Virus record (IMG/VR): IMGVR_UViG_3300025131_008220
Span: 1-64,000 of that record
Direction: 5' to 3' (one strand)
DNA: 64,000 nt
Source of the DNA: a virus
Under the pieces are notes generated by a model, which worked only from the letters and a program-made list of their open reading frames with translations, searched no databases and was not told the DNA's origin. The translations under genes and the position numbers were made by a program. Each line of letters begins with the position of its first letter. The stretch's first letter is position 1. Positions 29,122-38,297 of the stretch are shown here, piece after piece.

Positions 29122-29807
29122 TATCTTACTCCTGAACCGTAAAGGGCTTCGCACATATCAAATTGCCATTGGTAATCTATATCCAGACACTCTTCCTCTT
29201 TCATTGGAAAAAGTTCTATGTCTCCCGGTTTATTAAAGTCCCCCATCCAAATACCTTCTCCTATTTTATCCATTCTCCCAGCATATAAACAGTGCGCCGC
29301 CTCATATGTTTCTTCCACAAACTTGGTGTTCATGACAGCTTGTCCTTCTGGCCAAGGTGATATTAGTTTAGAGTCTTTATTCCAAAAGTAGTTCTTTTTT
29401 TTCATTACCCCGAACATGCCTTCTGAATCTGAGTTCACGTAAGCTTCAGTAAAGCGTTCTATTGTCTCTGCTTTCATAAAAGGAGCGCAGGCGTTTATTA
29501 AGACACAATATTTAAACGGCAGCTTATTCCACCACTCGTACATAAGGCTCATAGGCGTACCCTCTGAGTCAGCAGACTCTTTAGATCTGTGAAAAATATT
29601 TACATCTTTCCTGTAGCAAATAGACTTAAGGTCGTCTTCATAGGCGGAGACGAAAAATTGAGAGCTTGGGATTTTCGAAAATGACATCTTATCTAGAGCT
29701 ATGTCTAACAGATTGGTTCCGCAAAAGCTTTTAATCATCTTTTGAGGGACTCTCTGAGAGCCAAGCCTAGCCTGTATTACGAAAACTATATCTTTTATAT
29801 CTTTCAT
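29121..29807 (-). CDS. neuA: Acylneuraminate cytidylyltransferase (CMP-nonulosonate synthetase)
   Basis: IQARLGSQRVPQKM and DIDYQWQF. Confidence 0.88.
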   Translation of the reverse strand: MKDIKDIVFVIQARLGSQRVPQKMIKSFCGTNLLDIALDKMSFSKIPSSQFFVSAYEDDLKSICYRKDVNIFHRSKESADSEGTPMSLMYEWWNKLPFKYCVLINACAPFMKAETIERFTEAYVNSDSEGMFGVMKKKNYFWNKDSKLISPWPEGQAVMNTKFVEETYEAAHCLYAGRMDKIGEGIWMGDFNKPGDIELFPMKEEECLDIDYQWQFDMCEALYGSGVR

Positions 29808-30538
29808 TTGTGAAATTTTTGTCCATCTCCTAGGTTGATGAATTCAGTATCAGGGAAGTGTTCTTTTGTGTATTCCCAAAAATATTTATACTCGGAGTCG
29901 TAAAGCTCTTCCGAGAAAACAGCTGGTAACAGTTTTTTCCCGGGCTCATGGGCGTGATCTCCTTTGTAAATGGGGTCGTAACCGTCAAGACCCACAAACT
30001 TTACCGTTTTGCATCCTAGGAAAGAGGCGAATAGAATCATTCTGGCGCAAGCGCCAAGCCTGCTATAGAACCTCGTGTGCATAGCAAAATATTTTTCATA
30101 ATCATCAAACTCATATTCAAACCAACGGTCATGTACCTCGAACCCTGAGTATGGCTGAAACCTCTCTCTGTATTCGATGAACTCCTTGGATTTTAGGTCA
30201 GGTTCCCCCATGAACATTGCTACATCTATTTTGATTGAAGAGAGCTTGGGGTTTAAATAGAAGTGATTACAAGACCATGTGAAATCTCTTTCTATAGTAT
30301 CATAGTCAAGTCTATTAGTTGACGGTCCTCCACCAATTATTAATACTATCTTATCTTTATATTTATTAAAGTGGTCTAAATCAGAATATACAATTTCGTT
30401 ATTTGCTTTAACTGACTTACAAAATTTTTTAAAGCTAGAGCGAAAGTCTCGCACTACCCATTGCGGGAATGGTTCTGTAGCTCGGTCATGTTGAAAACAG
30501 CTGTCCATGAATTTGTTTTCTTTAATCTCTAGTGCCAT
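29804..30538 (-). CDS. Maf/DUF115-like putative nonulosonate transferase
   Basis: IIGGGPS, SCNHF, A.FLGCK.V.FVGLDG and HAHE. Confidence 0.65.
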   Translation of the reverse strand: MALEIKENKFMDSCFQHDRATEPFPQWVVRDFRSSFKKFCKSVKANNEIVYSDLDHFNKYKDKIVLIIGGGPSTNRLDYDTIERDFTWSCNHFYLNPKLSSIKIDVAMFMGEPDLKSKEFIEYRERFQPYSGFEVHDRWFEYEFDDYEKYFAMHTRFYSRLGACARMILFASFLGCKTVKFVGLDGYDPIYKGDHAHEPGKKLLPAVFSEELYDSEYKYFWEYTKEHFPDTEFINLGDGQKFHK

Positions 30539-30834
30539 ATTTCATAGTTTTCAGTGAACCTATTCGGCCGTGCGTGCCAATGTAAGTGGTCGGGGACTTC
30601 CCTTTGGGTTTTATCGATATAGAACTTTTCTTTTCCGAATTTTATCTCTCCGACTCTCTCTAGGGCGTTTTGCATGTCGGTTGCGTCCTTTTCGGAGATA
30701 TCCATCGTGTGCAAAGGCTCTCCCCTCCAAACCACCATAGGAAGAATACAGCTCATGCAGTCCATAATGATCCATCTAGGATCAGAGTCGTCATAAGTAT
30801 GAAGAACTGTTTTTAGTTCACAAAGCGGGCACAT
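30529..30834 (-). CDS. HIT-like protein
   Basis: MCPLC start and PDHLHWHARP (HxHxH). Confidence 0.7.
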   Translation of the reverse strand: MCPLCELKTVLHTYDDSDPRWIIMDCMSCILPMVVWRGEPLHTMDISEKDATDMQNALERVGEIKFGKEKFYIDKTQREVPDHLHWHARPNRFTENYEIWH

Positions 30835-30835
30835 T

Positions 30836-31672
30836 TTATCCTCTAAGTTTTTCTCTAGCTGATTTTTCTGATTCAGCAACCTTGATTTTTCCGTCACCAA
30901 ACGCTTGCTCTAGTTCTCTTATTCCGCTGACTAATTTAAACAAACCTTGCGGCTCTATAGAGCTAAGATGGTCTGACCCCCACATTGTTCTATCTAAAGT
31001 TATGTGCCTTTCTATAATAGTAGCTCCAAGATAAACAGCGGCTACAGAAGTTCCTAGCCTAAATTCATGACCACTATAGCCAACTTCGCAAGCGTATTTT
31101 TCTTTCATTGTCTTAATGCAAGATAAATTTAATTCATCTATGGGTGCAGGGTAAGTTGAGTTGCAATGTAGTATGGCGTAGTCGTGCATCTCAGGCCCCG
31201 GTTCAAGAACACAGATTGCTTCATGTATCTCTTCTTCTGTGCTCATCCCCGTGGATAAAATCACCTTCTTGCCGCTTTTAGCAGAGGCTTTTATTAGCTC
31301 AAGGTTGGTTAGCATAGCAGAGGGAATCTTAATAAAGGGGACGTCGTACTGAAGTAAAAACTCTAAGCTGTCTAAGTCCCAAGGCGAGGCACTCCAAGCT
31401 ATGCCCTGCTGCCTGCAATACTTGTCAATAATGTCGTATTCCTTTTCCCAGAACTCTACTTTATATTTATATTCCAAGTACGTCATTCTGCCCCAAGGGG
31501 TATCTCGCGCTAGACTTTTCTGGTGCTCAGGCACACATACGTCAGGGTTTCTTTTTTGAAATTTAACTGCATCGCATCCAGAAGCGGCAGCTATATCAAT
31601 CAGTCTTTTGGCTGTATCTAGGGAGCCGTTATGGTTTATTCCTATTTCTGCTATAATGTAAGTCTTGTTCAT
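30836..31672 (-). CDS. neuB: N-acetylneuraminate synthase family protein (no SAF domain)
   Basis: IIAEIGINHNG, VKFQKR, ILSTGMS, HCNSTYP, GYSGHE and IERHITLDR. Start MNKTY at 31672. Confidence 0.93.
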   Translation of the reverse strand: MNKTYIIAEIGINHNGSLDTAKRLIDIAAASGCDAVKFQKRNPDVCVPEHQKSLARDTPWGRMTYLEYKYKVEFWEKEYDIIDKYCRQQGIAWSASPWDLDSLEFLLQYDVPFIKIPSAMLTNLELIKASAKSGKKVILSTGMSTEEEIHEAICVLEPGPEMHDYAILHCNSTYPAPIDELNLSCIKTMKEKYACEVGYSGHEFRLGTSVAAVYLGATIIERHITLDRTMWGSDHLSSIEPQGLFKLVSGIRELEQAFGDGKIKVAESEKSAREKLRG

Positions 31673-32334
31673 GATAAGATGTTTAATTTTATATTTTTGC
31701 TTTCTACCCACTCTTTTATACTTGGCACCGCTTCTGCATTCAAAATTATATCCCAAGGAATCTCGCATCCTTTATTGTCCATGAAGGCTTTATCTTCTTC
31801 TTTATAGAAGTGGCTCCCATGTTTATCAAGGTCCCACCCTATTGTGGTTATTGACTTAACTCCTACGTGGATTGCGGTATGTAAAACGCTCTCCAACATA
31901 ATACCGGGGCCTGTTTGCCTTTTCTCTCCTGTTTTCTTTAATAAAAAATCATCGTAATTTCTTTTAACGGCTAAAGTATTGTCTTTTCCTCCTATTTGTT
32001 CTATTAGGGGGACCTGAAAAAATAAATCAAAATCTTGGTCTAAGCTCCACCTTTGTCCTCTGGGGTAATTGCTGCTTGCTATAACAACATCTGGCCTACT
32101 ATCTATATACCTGTAAGGTATATTCATATAGTCAGGGGGTAGATTGGAGCAGTTCCAAAAATGAAAATCTGTCTCTTCTTTGAATTCATTGTAAGCTTGT
32201 TTGATGGAAAAGACTAAGCTGGTTTTGAGCCTGTCTCTTATTTCTTGGTTATCATACTTAGATAAAGATGGACCACAGGCTAAAATGTAACAGTCTCGGC
32301 CTTGTTCTGAATTATGTAAGTCTTCTATCTTCAT
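31669..32334 (-). CDS. Maf/DUF115-like putative nonulosonate transferase
   Basis: YILACGPSL, A.HVGVKSI..IGWD and HFY. Confidence 0.65.
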   Translation of the reverse strand: MKIEDLHNSEQGRDCYILACGPSLSKYDNQEIRDRLKTSLVFSIKQAYNEFKEETDFHFWNCSNLPPDYMNIPYRYIDSRPDVVIASSNYPRGQRWSLDQDFDLFFQVPLIEQIGGKDNTLAVKRNYDDFLLKKTGEKRQTGPGIMLESVLHTAIHVGVKSITTIGWDLDKHGSHFYKEEDKAFMDNKGCEIPWDIILNAEAVPSIKEWVESKNIKLNILS

Positions 32335-33302
32335 TCCTTTACATATAAGAAATCAGCTAACGCGATCTTGTTTAGGGGTAGGTTCTCGAAAGTCTCTCTT
32401 TTTATGCTCATCTGCTGCTTTGCATTCCAGCTATCGGGGTGACAAACGTAGTCAATGGTAAGTAACTCTCTATCATTCCTAATGCATTTCTGGCCTTTGT
32501 GAAAACCATTGGTCATGGCTAGCGCTACATCTCCTTTCTTTCCTGTTATATGTTTGATTTTATCTTTTCCATAAAAGGCTTCTATTTCATCATCTTCCCA
32601 CCTGTATTTCTGCAATATGTTGTCTGGTTTATTATCTACGCTGCCTTCTACGTAGGTAAACGGACCGTCCTCAGGCGATAAAACATCTTTTAGGTATACA
32701 AAAACTTTAAAAAAGTAAGGAGAGTTAGGGTCGATATGATACATCGTTGTGTTTTCGCTCTTCAAGTTATTAGCGAAACTTTTTCTTAGATTCAGGGTTC
32801 CTATGGCGGGCGCGCATCTAAAAAAGCTTTTAGCAATAGATGTTAGTCTATTGTCGAATATTATATCGCTTATTTCTGGTATGTTGTAAAGCGGCTCAGG
32901 TATAGAGAGGAATAACTCTGTGTCCCGTGCTTCTTTTTGGGTTAGTTTATTATTATTTTCTCCTACTTGTCTGCCTAGGTTGCTGTCTAATGGCATAGGC
33001 CCGCCGTCTAAAAAATAATTTAATTTATCACTTATTTTATTTAAAGTGTCGATTTTATGATCTAATCCTCCCTCTATTTTAGCCCATCCTTTTTGGTAAA
33101 GTTCTTTAACTATATCTTTTTCTTTTTCTATATCTTTGTCGAGTATATAATACTTTGACCTCCTGTCCTCTATGCATTTTAAAACAAGGTTAAGGTCTTC
33201 TTCTTTGAAGTGAGAAATCGTTCCGTCCTGCTTGACAGACAAGCCAGAGTTCTTCCTGTTTGGGAGTTTTGGTTTATTATTCGACCACATACATAAAATC
33301 AA
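32331..33302 (-). CDS. 2OG-Fe(II) dioxygenase (PhyH-like)
   Basis: YHID (HxD), KVFVYL.DV, GPFTYV.GS and GFHKG...R. Confidence 0.82.
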   Translation of the reverse strand: MILCMWSNNKPKLPNRKNSGLSVKQDGTISHFKEEDLNLVLKCIEDRRSKYYILDKDIEKEKDIVKELYQKGWAKIEGGLDHKIDTLNKISDKLNYFLDGGPMPLDSNLGRQVGENNNKLTQKEARDTELFLSIPEPLYNIPEISDIIFDNRLTSIAKSFFRCAPAIGTLNLRKSFANNLKSENTTMYHIDPNSPYFFKVFVYLKDVLSPEDGPFTYVEGSVDNKPDNILQKYRWEDDEIEAFYGKDKIKHITGKKGDVALAMTNGFHKGQKCIRNDRELLTIDYVCHPDSWNAKQQMSIKRETFENLPLNKIALADFLYVKE

Positions 33303-34185
33303 TCAAAGGTTCATTTCTTTGTCCTATTTTTCTGCAGGTCTCTGGTTTGATATCTATATATGATTTCGCACTCCAGTCTTCTGGGCCACAAACGAAGTTC
33401 AGGGTTAGCATTGTTCTGTCTTTGGATACGACTTTCTGCCCTTTATGGTATCCGGTAGTTACAGCCGTTAGAACATCTCCTTTTTTAGCGGTGAGGGGTT
33501 TTATTTTTTCTTTGCCGTATATTCTCTCTATATCCTCGTCTGGCACTCTATGGTTTTCCAACCATCCTTTAGGTTTCTCATAAGCAGACCCTTCAACATA
33601 GGTAAGCGGCCCATCGTCTATCTCTTCTACGTCATCTAGATATAGGAAGAACTTAAGCAGGTAAGGGGAGTTCCTATCGCAATGATACAAGGTTGTTTGG
33701 GCGTGTGGCAGGGTGTTGGCGAAGCTTTTTCTAAGATTTAATGTCCCTACCGCTGGCATACATTTAAAATAGCATTTCGCTATATCAATTATTCTGTCAT
33801 CAAATAGTATGTCTCCTATCTCTGGTACGTTATAGAGAGGGTTTACTACGCTCATAAAAAGCTCTTTCTCTCGCGCTTCTGATTGAGGTGGTTTAGTATC
33901 TTTAAGTAGGCCATACTTACAATGCTCTCCTCCTTTATCTAAATAAAAATCAAGCTTATCTTTAATGCTGTCAATTACGTCGATCTTATCCGAAAACAGA
34001 GAGTCTAGTTTGTACCAGCCTTTGTTGTTAAGAACGTCCACAATGCTTTGTTTTGAGCTCGACTCAGCCTCTGTCAGCGGGTATTTTGCTGCTCTAGTTT
34101 GTAGGGATTTTAAAAGAAGGCTTAAATCTTCCTCGCCTCTCTTCATGCAGAATGAAGAAGGAATCTTAACTGTTTTATTATTCAT
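33277..34185 (-). CDS. 2OG-Fe(II) dioxygenase (PhyH-like), tandem paralog of the preceding gene
   Basis: YHCD, KFFLYLDDV, GPLTYVEGS and GYHKG...R. Confidence 0.82.
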   Translation of the reverse strand: MNNKTVKIPSSFCMKRGEEDLSLLLKSLQTRAAKYPLTEAESSSKQSIVDVLNNKGWYKLDSLFSDKIDVIDSIKDKLDFYLDKGGEHCKYGLLKDTKPPQSEAREKELFMSVVNPLYNVPEIGDILFDDRIIDIAKCYFKCMPAVGTLNLRKSFANTLPHAQTTLYHCDRNSPYLLKFFLYLDDVEEIDDGPLTYVEGSAYEKPKGWLENHRVPDEDIERIYGKEKIKPLTAKKGDVLTAVTTGYHKGQKVVSKDRTMLTLNFVCGPEDWSAKSYIDIKPETCRKIGQRNEPLIDFMYVVE

Positions 34186-34194
34186 GCTTTTGTA

Positions 34195-34223
34195 ATTATA
34201 ACAAGAACATGATCAATTGTCAA
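34195..34223 (-). promoter_or_regulatory. Perfect sigma70 promoter
   Basis: TTGACA-N17-TATAAT, 9 nt before ATG 34185. Confidence 0.85.
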
Positions 34224-34277
34224 GGCAGAATAATTATTTACATGCTGCGGTCTCTGCCGTTTTAGCTGCACCTACTC

Positions 34278-35090
34278 CTATACACTAATTTTCTCTGGGT
34301 TGGGGTCAACTACTCCAACTTTTTCAAAGCTCGTTGTATACTTCTTGTTTATAAAATCTATTCTATTCAGAGAGGGCTTGACTCTTATATTAATTACATC
34401 TCGGTAGCCTTCTATGATAGGGTTAGCTCGATGGCCTATGTTATTATTAAATGAGAATGTAGTACCTTTGGGTCCGGTAATTGTTGTGGGTTCGTGTCCT
34501 ACGGCTTGAAGCTCTTTTACTTCTTTATTTACTCTGGAGCCATTCGGTGCGTTGTTCCATTTACCTGGCCCAACTCTAGTCCCATTGAACAAATAACCTT
34601 TACCGTCTGGCTTAACTAGATACTCAAAGGGAGAATTTTTTGCAGAAACATTATTTAAATATATAATATTTTTAACTATTTCATCTGGGTTGTTGTCGTA
34701 ATGCCATATATAAGAAGAGTCTCTCTCGCATTTGGTAGTTCTATATACATAAATTTTATCAACATATAGGTAGCAGCCGTACATAGTTTTTTCTAAATGA
34801 GGAGCAATGAAACTAGACATTGTTTCTAGTTGTTCTCTTATACTCCATATGTCTGGATGTTTAAGTATAATGCTTTGCTCGTTGCTATTAGAAAAATAAT
34901 CAAAGACTCTTTGGGCTGCGCTGTCTACGGCCAATTGGTAGTCTGCGCTAAAAGTGTTGGTGGGAACGGGTCTGGCGGGGTCATTATAAAAATTTTCAAA
35001 CTTAGGTGGTATCAGCTCCCTGTTTTCTTGCCTCCATTTCTCTCGGCATGCTATGAAGTATTCTTTATAGTTCATTATTAATTTTTTCAT
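34278..35090 (-). CDS. 2OG-Fe(II) dioxygenase (PhyH-like)
   Basis: WHYDN, IIYLNNV, GPKGT and GHRA...R. Confidence 0.78.
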   Translation of the reverse strand: MKKLIMNYKEYFIACREKWRQENRELIPPKFENFYNDPARPVPTNTFSADYQLAVDSAAQRVFDYFSNSNEQSIILKHPDIWSIREQLETMSSFIAPHLEKTMYGCYLYVDKIYVYRTTKCERDSSYIWHYDNNPDEIVKNIIYLNNVSAKNSPFEYLVKPDGKGYLFNGTRVGPGKWNNAPNGSRVNKEVKELQAVGHEPTTITGPKGTTFSFNNNIGHRANPIIEGYRDVINIRVKPSLNRIDFINKKYTTSFEKVGVVDPNPEKISV

Positions 35091-35093
35091 ACT

Positions 35094-35158
35094 ATTTGTC
35101 TTGCTTTACTTAAGCTAACAAAAACTTATCCACTTGTCAAGTCTTTTTTAAATCTTTT
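35094..35158 (-). repeat. 65-bp promoter cassette, copy 1 (inverted relative to 48245..48309)
   Basis: 61/65 identity by manual alignment. Contains TTGACA-N17-TAGCTT. Confidence 0.85.
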
Positions 35159-35207
35159 ATTGTATTACGCTTATTTGGTTGAAATAGTCGTGTTTTTTGT
35201 CCAATTA

Positions 35208-35975
35208 TTACAACATATGTAGCTTTTGCTTGGCGTGAGCTATCATCCATCTGTCTTTCTTGTCTAGGTGAGCCCTGAGATGGTCGTCTATTTGCTTAAG
35301 CATCTCTGGTTTCTCTCCCATATGTTGGTCTCTGACCTTTTGTATGCCCTGTACAACCTTCAGCAGAGTGGAGCTAGCTCCTCTGGATGGTATAGCGAAG
35401 GGGGCTATGGCTGAAACGATCTTCAACCCAATCGATAAAACTACTAAAAATATAACAATTCCAACTATCCAATAGACTTTACCCATTAGACTAGAATACT
35501 TAGTAGCGGCAAGGGCGTTCTCTTGGTTGACGGCTTTAAGTTGTACGTTCGCGGTGTTTAGCTGGCTGCTTAAGACCCTGTTCCGGTTCTGTATAGCTAT
35601 TAGTTCCTTGTCCATTACTGCTAGCTCGGCTTGCCCTTTTTCTACTACCTTTGGGTCATCAGAGAGAAGGTCTGTAATCATAGTGTCAGACTTTAACGCG
35701 TTTGCTGCTTGAGGTGGCCCTAGGGCTGTTATGCTGCGAGTAGTCATTGATTTAGCAACGTTAGAATGCTTGGATGGTTCCGGGTCTTTTTGAAGTGCTT
35801 GGTCTGCCGCGTATACAAAAGTCCTACCACTCTCGACTTGCTTGTTTTCGTTCTCGGTCTGCTTTCTCTCTATGCTCTGCACAACCGCCTCCTTCTTGTT
35901 GAACTTGCCTAATGGGGTAGCGCAACCACCTACTACCACTAAGCATAACGCTAGGATATAAAATACATCTTTCAT
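35208..35975 (-). CDS. Lipoprotein with coiled coil and C-terminal transmembrane helix
   Basis: Lipobox VGGC, heptad-rich middle and hydrophobic WIVGIVIFLVVLSIGL segment. Confidence 0.75.
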   Translation of the reverse strand: MKDVFYILALCLVVVGGCATPLGKFNKKEAVVQSIERKQTENENKQVESGRTFVYAADQALQKDPEPSKHSNVAKSMTTRSITALGPPQAANALKSDTMITDLLSDDPKVVEKGQAELAVMDKELIAIQNRNRVLSSQLNTANVQLKAVNQENALAATKYSSLMGKVYWIVGIVIFLVVLSIGLKIVSAIAPFAIPSRGASSTLLKVVQGIQKVRDQHMGEKPEMLKQIDDHLRAHLDKKDRWMIAHAKQKLHML

Positions 35976-36520
35976 AAATACTTCTCCTTTATCGTTTTAA
36001 GAGCTTTCATGGCCTTATCCAAATTTAAATCAATATTGCTGCTCTTGAAGCCTTTCTCTATGTAATCTAGGTATTTAACTCTAGATTCTTTATATGATGG
36101 TACCGAGGGGTCAGAGTCGCAGTATTCTTGCACGGCTTCGGAAAAGAATATTATTAAAATTAGACATAGTTTAGATGCTTCTTCTGAAGGCTTATCTGTA
36201 TTAAAAGATATGTTTTTTATATTTTTTAAACAGAAAAAGTATTTATAAAAAGCTCCAGATAGGAATTCACATTCTTTAGTATCTAACCCTTCCTTGGAGC
36301 CCTCTTTGAAAACCATCAATAAGGCGGACAGTTTAGGGTGTAGCTCTAGAAGCTTTTTTTTATTTAGACGCTTTTTTGCAGCGTGCTGGACGACTAAAAG
36401 GACATCTTCATGTTCGTCTGTGATCTTTTCGACCACTTTTTCTTCGACTTTTAGTAAGTGAGAAATGTAGTTGACTGCTACATTATCTATAATATTATCT
36501 TTTGTCCTTTGTTTAGCCAC
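35972..36520 (-). CDS. Hypothetical protein
   Basis: 182-aa co-oriented ORF. Confidence 0.7.
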   Translation of the reverse strand: MAKQRTKDNIIDNVAVNYISHLLKVEEKVVEKITDEHEDVLLVVQHAAKKRLNKKKLLELHPKLSALLMVFKEGSKEGLDTKECEFLSGAFYKYFFCLKNIKNISFNTDKPSEEASKLCLILIIFFSEAVQEYCDSDPSVPSYKESRVKYLDYIEKGFKSSNIDLNLDKAMKALKTIKEKYL

Positions 36521-36521
36521 C

Positions 36522-36863
36522 TCACATCTTATCTTTATGCTTGATGCCTCGTCTTTTTTTAGAGTATCTCTGCTCTGCTTTTTCTCTGACTGGGTCTACC
36601 CCGTTGTTGTCTTTTTTTCTTTTAGAGCTTAGCTCTGCAGAATAATCCCATATGTCCCCCATTGTCCCTTTCATATTTTTAGTTTTTTCTGTAAACTGCT
36701 GAGCAGAAAATGGATCAACATTGCTATCAATAGAAGCATTAGGGACCGTAAAGACCCTGCTAAAGACTTTGCCTTTTTCAGAATAAGCATGCTCTTCGTC
36801 TATAGCTTGAATTATAGATATTACTTCTCCTGTCTCGGGGTTTTCAAATAAATATTCAGGCAT
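36522..36863 (-). CDS. FmdB-like small protein (cysteine-less variant)
   Basis: MPEYLFENPETGE...RVFTVP resembles the FmdB MPxYxY start but has no CxxC. Confidence 0.6.
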   Translation of the reverse strand: MPEYLFENPETGEVISIIQAIDEEHAYSEKGKVFSRVFTVPNASIDSNVDPFSAQQFTEKTKNMKGTMGDIWDYSAELSSKRKKDNNGVDPVREKAEQRYSKKRRGIKHKDKM

Positions 36864-37938
36864 TACCTAAAAATTCTAAGATTTTATTAGTAGTCTTTTC
36901 GTAGGTAAACTCGTCCTGAAGTTTAAGTCCAGCCGAATTGAGTCTGTCGAACTCTACCTTTTCTATGGCTTTTTCGCAGCCATTAATAAAAGACTCTTCA
37001 TCAAAATCAAAGATCCTTCCTTGGTTATACTCAGCTCCGGCTTTAAAGAAAACTCCATCTTCGGATGGTATTTTGCCAGAAGGTTCAATTAATGTAGAAT
37101 TTTCTGGATTAGCCCATTCCTTATACCCAGTAGCATTCATTATGACTGAGTGTTTCCCTATCGCTACTGAATGAAACTCGGGTAGTCCCCAGCCCTCCGC
37201 TCCAGACATACCTACAACAATATCTCCAGAATTAAGAAAGTCATTGTAGACTAAATTCTTATCCATGAAGTCTAGAAACTGTATATTGAAATAGTTTTTA
37301 TCACCTAGAATCCTATTTATTAAAGCTGGCATCTCTTTTTTTAGGAAAGGATTATGGATGGCGCATTGTAGGTGGTACCTTTTGTCGTTGCCAAACTTCT
37401 TAGCCCAAGCCTTGATTATCTTGTTGTGTCTTTTTCTTTTTTCTAGCTTGCCACAAAGGTTGAAAACAATCCTGTTGTCATCGTAGTATTTTTTATCTAA
37501 TCTTTTAAAATGATATTTATCAAAGCCAAGAGGTATAAGGTCAGCTTTTAGTCCAAAGTTAGAAAAGACATCTACGGAGTGCTTGCTTGAGAAGATTAAT
37601 CGATCAGCATTAGAGGCTATGTTAACCTCTGATGGCGTAGGCGCATCTAATTCGTAAAAAGAAAAAAGAACTCTTTTAGAGGAAACGCTGTTTAGAGCTG
37701 AGGCATTAAGATGCCAGAGCATAAAGACGGGTTGTTCTTTCTTGTGAAATTTTGGCCCCTTAGCTATGCAGCTTTTAAGCCATTTAAGGAACTCTGGTTC
37801 AATGTTGAACGAAGAAACATCCTCGTTTATAGGAAAAAGGCTCGGCTCAAGCCCCTTATTGTAAATCTCTCTGAGAAGACAATGGGAAACTTGGCCGAAA
37901 CTTAAATTGTTAACCGGAAGCTGTAAGGCAAAATCCAT
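36856..37938 (-). CDS. GT4-family glycosyltransferase
   Basis: GKLEKRK, EGWGLP, IPLGFD and FTYE motifs. Confidence 0.85.
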   Translation of the reverse strand: MDFALQLPVNNLSFGQVSHCLLREIYNKGLEPSLFPINEDVSSFNIEPEFLKWLKSCIAKGPKFHKKEQPVFMLWHLNASALNSVSSKRVLFSFYELDAPTPSEVNIASNADRLIFSSKHSVDVFSNFGLKADLIPLGFDKYHFKRLDKKYYDDNRIVFNLCGKLEKRKRHNKIIKAWAKKFGNDKRYHLQCAIHNPFLKKEMPALINRILGDKNYFNIQFLDFMDKNLVYNDFLNSGDIVVGMSGAEGWGLPEFHSVAIGKHSVIMNATGYKEWANPENSTLIEPSGKIPSEDGVFFKAGAEYNQGRIFDFDEESFINGCEKAIEKVEFDRLNSAGLKLQDEFTYEKTTNKILEFLGNA

Positions 37939-38249
37939 TACAGCAACGTGTCGCCATCTTCATCTGCAACCGCTGTCGCAGGAGCCTCCTTTGTTTGTGG
38001 GGTTGTTTCCGTTGACATACCGCCTTGCTCTGAAGCCGGACGAGAAATATAAATCCTAAAATCAGGTTGATTCTCAGATTTCTTATCCTTGTTGTAGAAA
38101 GCTACAACTTGGACCTTCTTCTCTTCTCCGAACTCATTCTCCATCTTGAAATGACCAGAGAAATATTTCTTACCGCTACTCTGTGACGTCTTTGTCCAGA
38201 GGGCTCCGACTTCTCTCTTGTCCCAATCGTTATTTGTATTATCTGCCAT
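37938..38249 (-). CDS. DUF736-like putative single-stranded DNA-binding protein
   Basis: VGALW..S.SGKKYFSG, N..K..NQPDFRI and acidic tail. Confidence 0.65.
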   Translation of the reverse strand: MADNTNNDWDKREVGALWTKTSQSSGKKYFSGHFKMENEFGEEKKVQVVAFYNKDKKSENQPDFRIYISRPASEQGGMSTETTPQTKEAPATAVADEDGDTLL

Positions 38250-38259
38250 AACTTCCCTT

Positions 38260-38288
38260 AGTATAGATTAAACTTATCCAGCTGTCAA
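38260..38288 (-). promoter_or_regulatory. Sigma70-type promoter
   Basis: TTGACA-N17-TATACT, 10 nt before ATG 38249. Confidence 0.8.
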
Positions 38289-38297
38289 GCTTTTTGT

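Noticed and set aside
34235-34285. Peptide CIGVGAAKTAET on the minus strand resembling a sulfotransferase PAPS loop
   Set aside because: Only 16 codons, preceded by a stop and with no start. It could be a remnant but cannot be supported.
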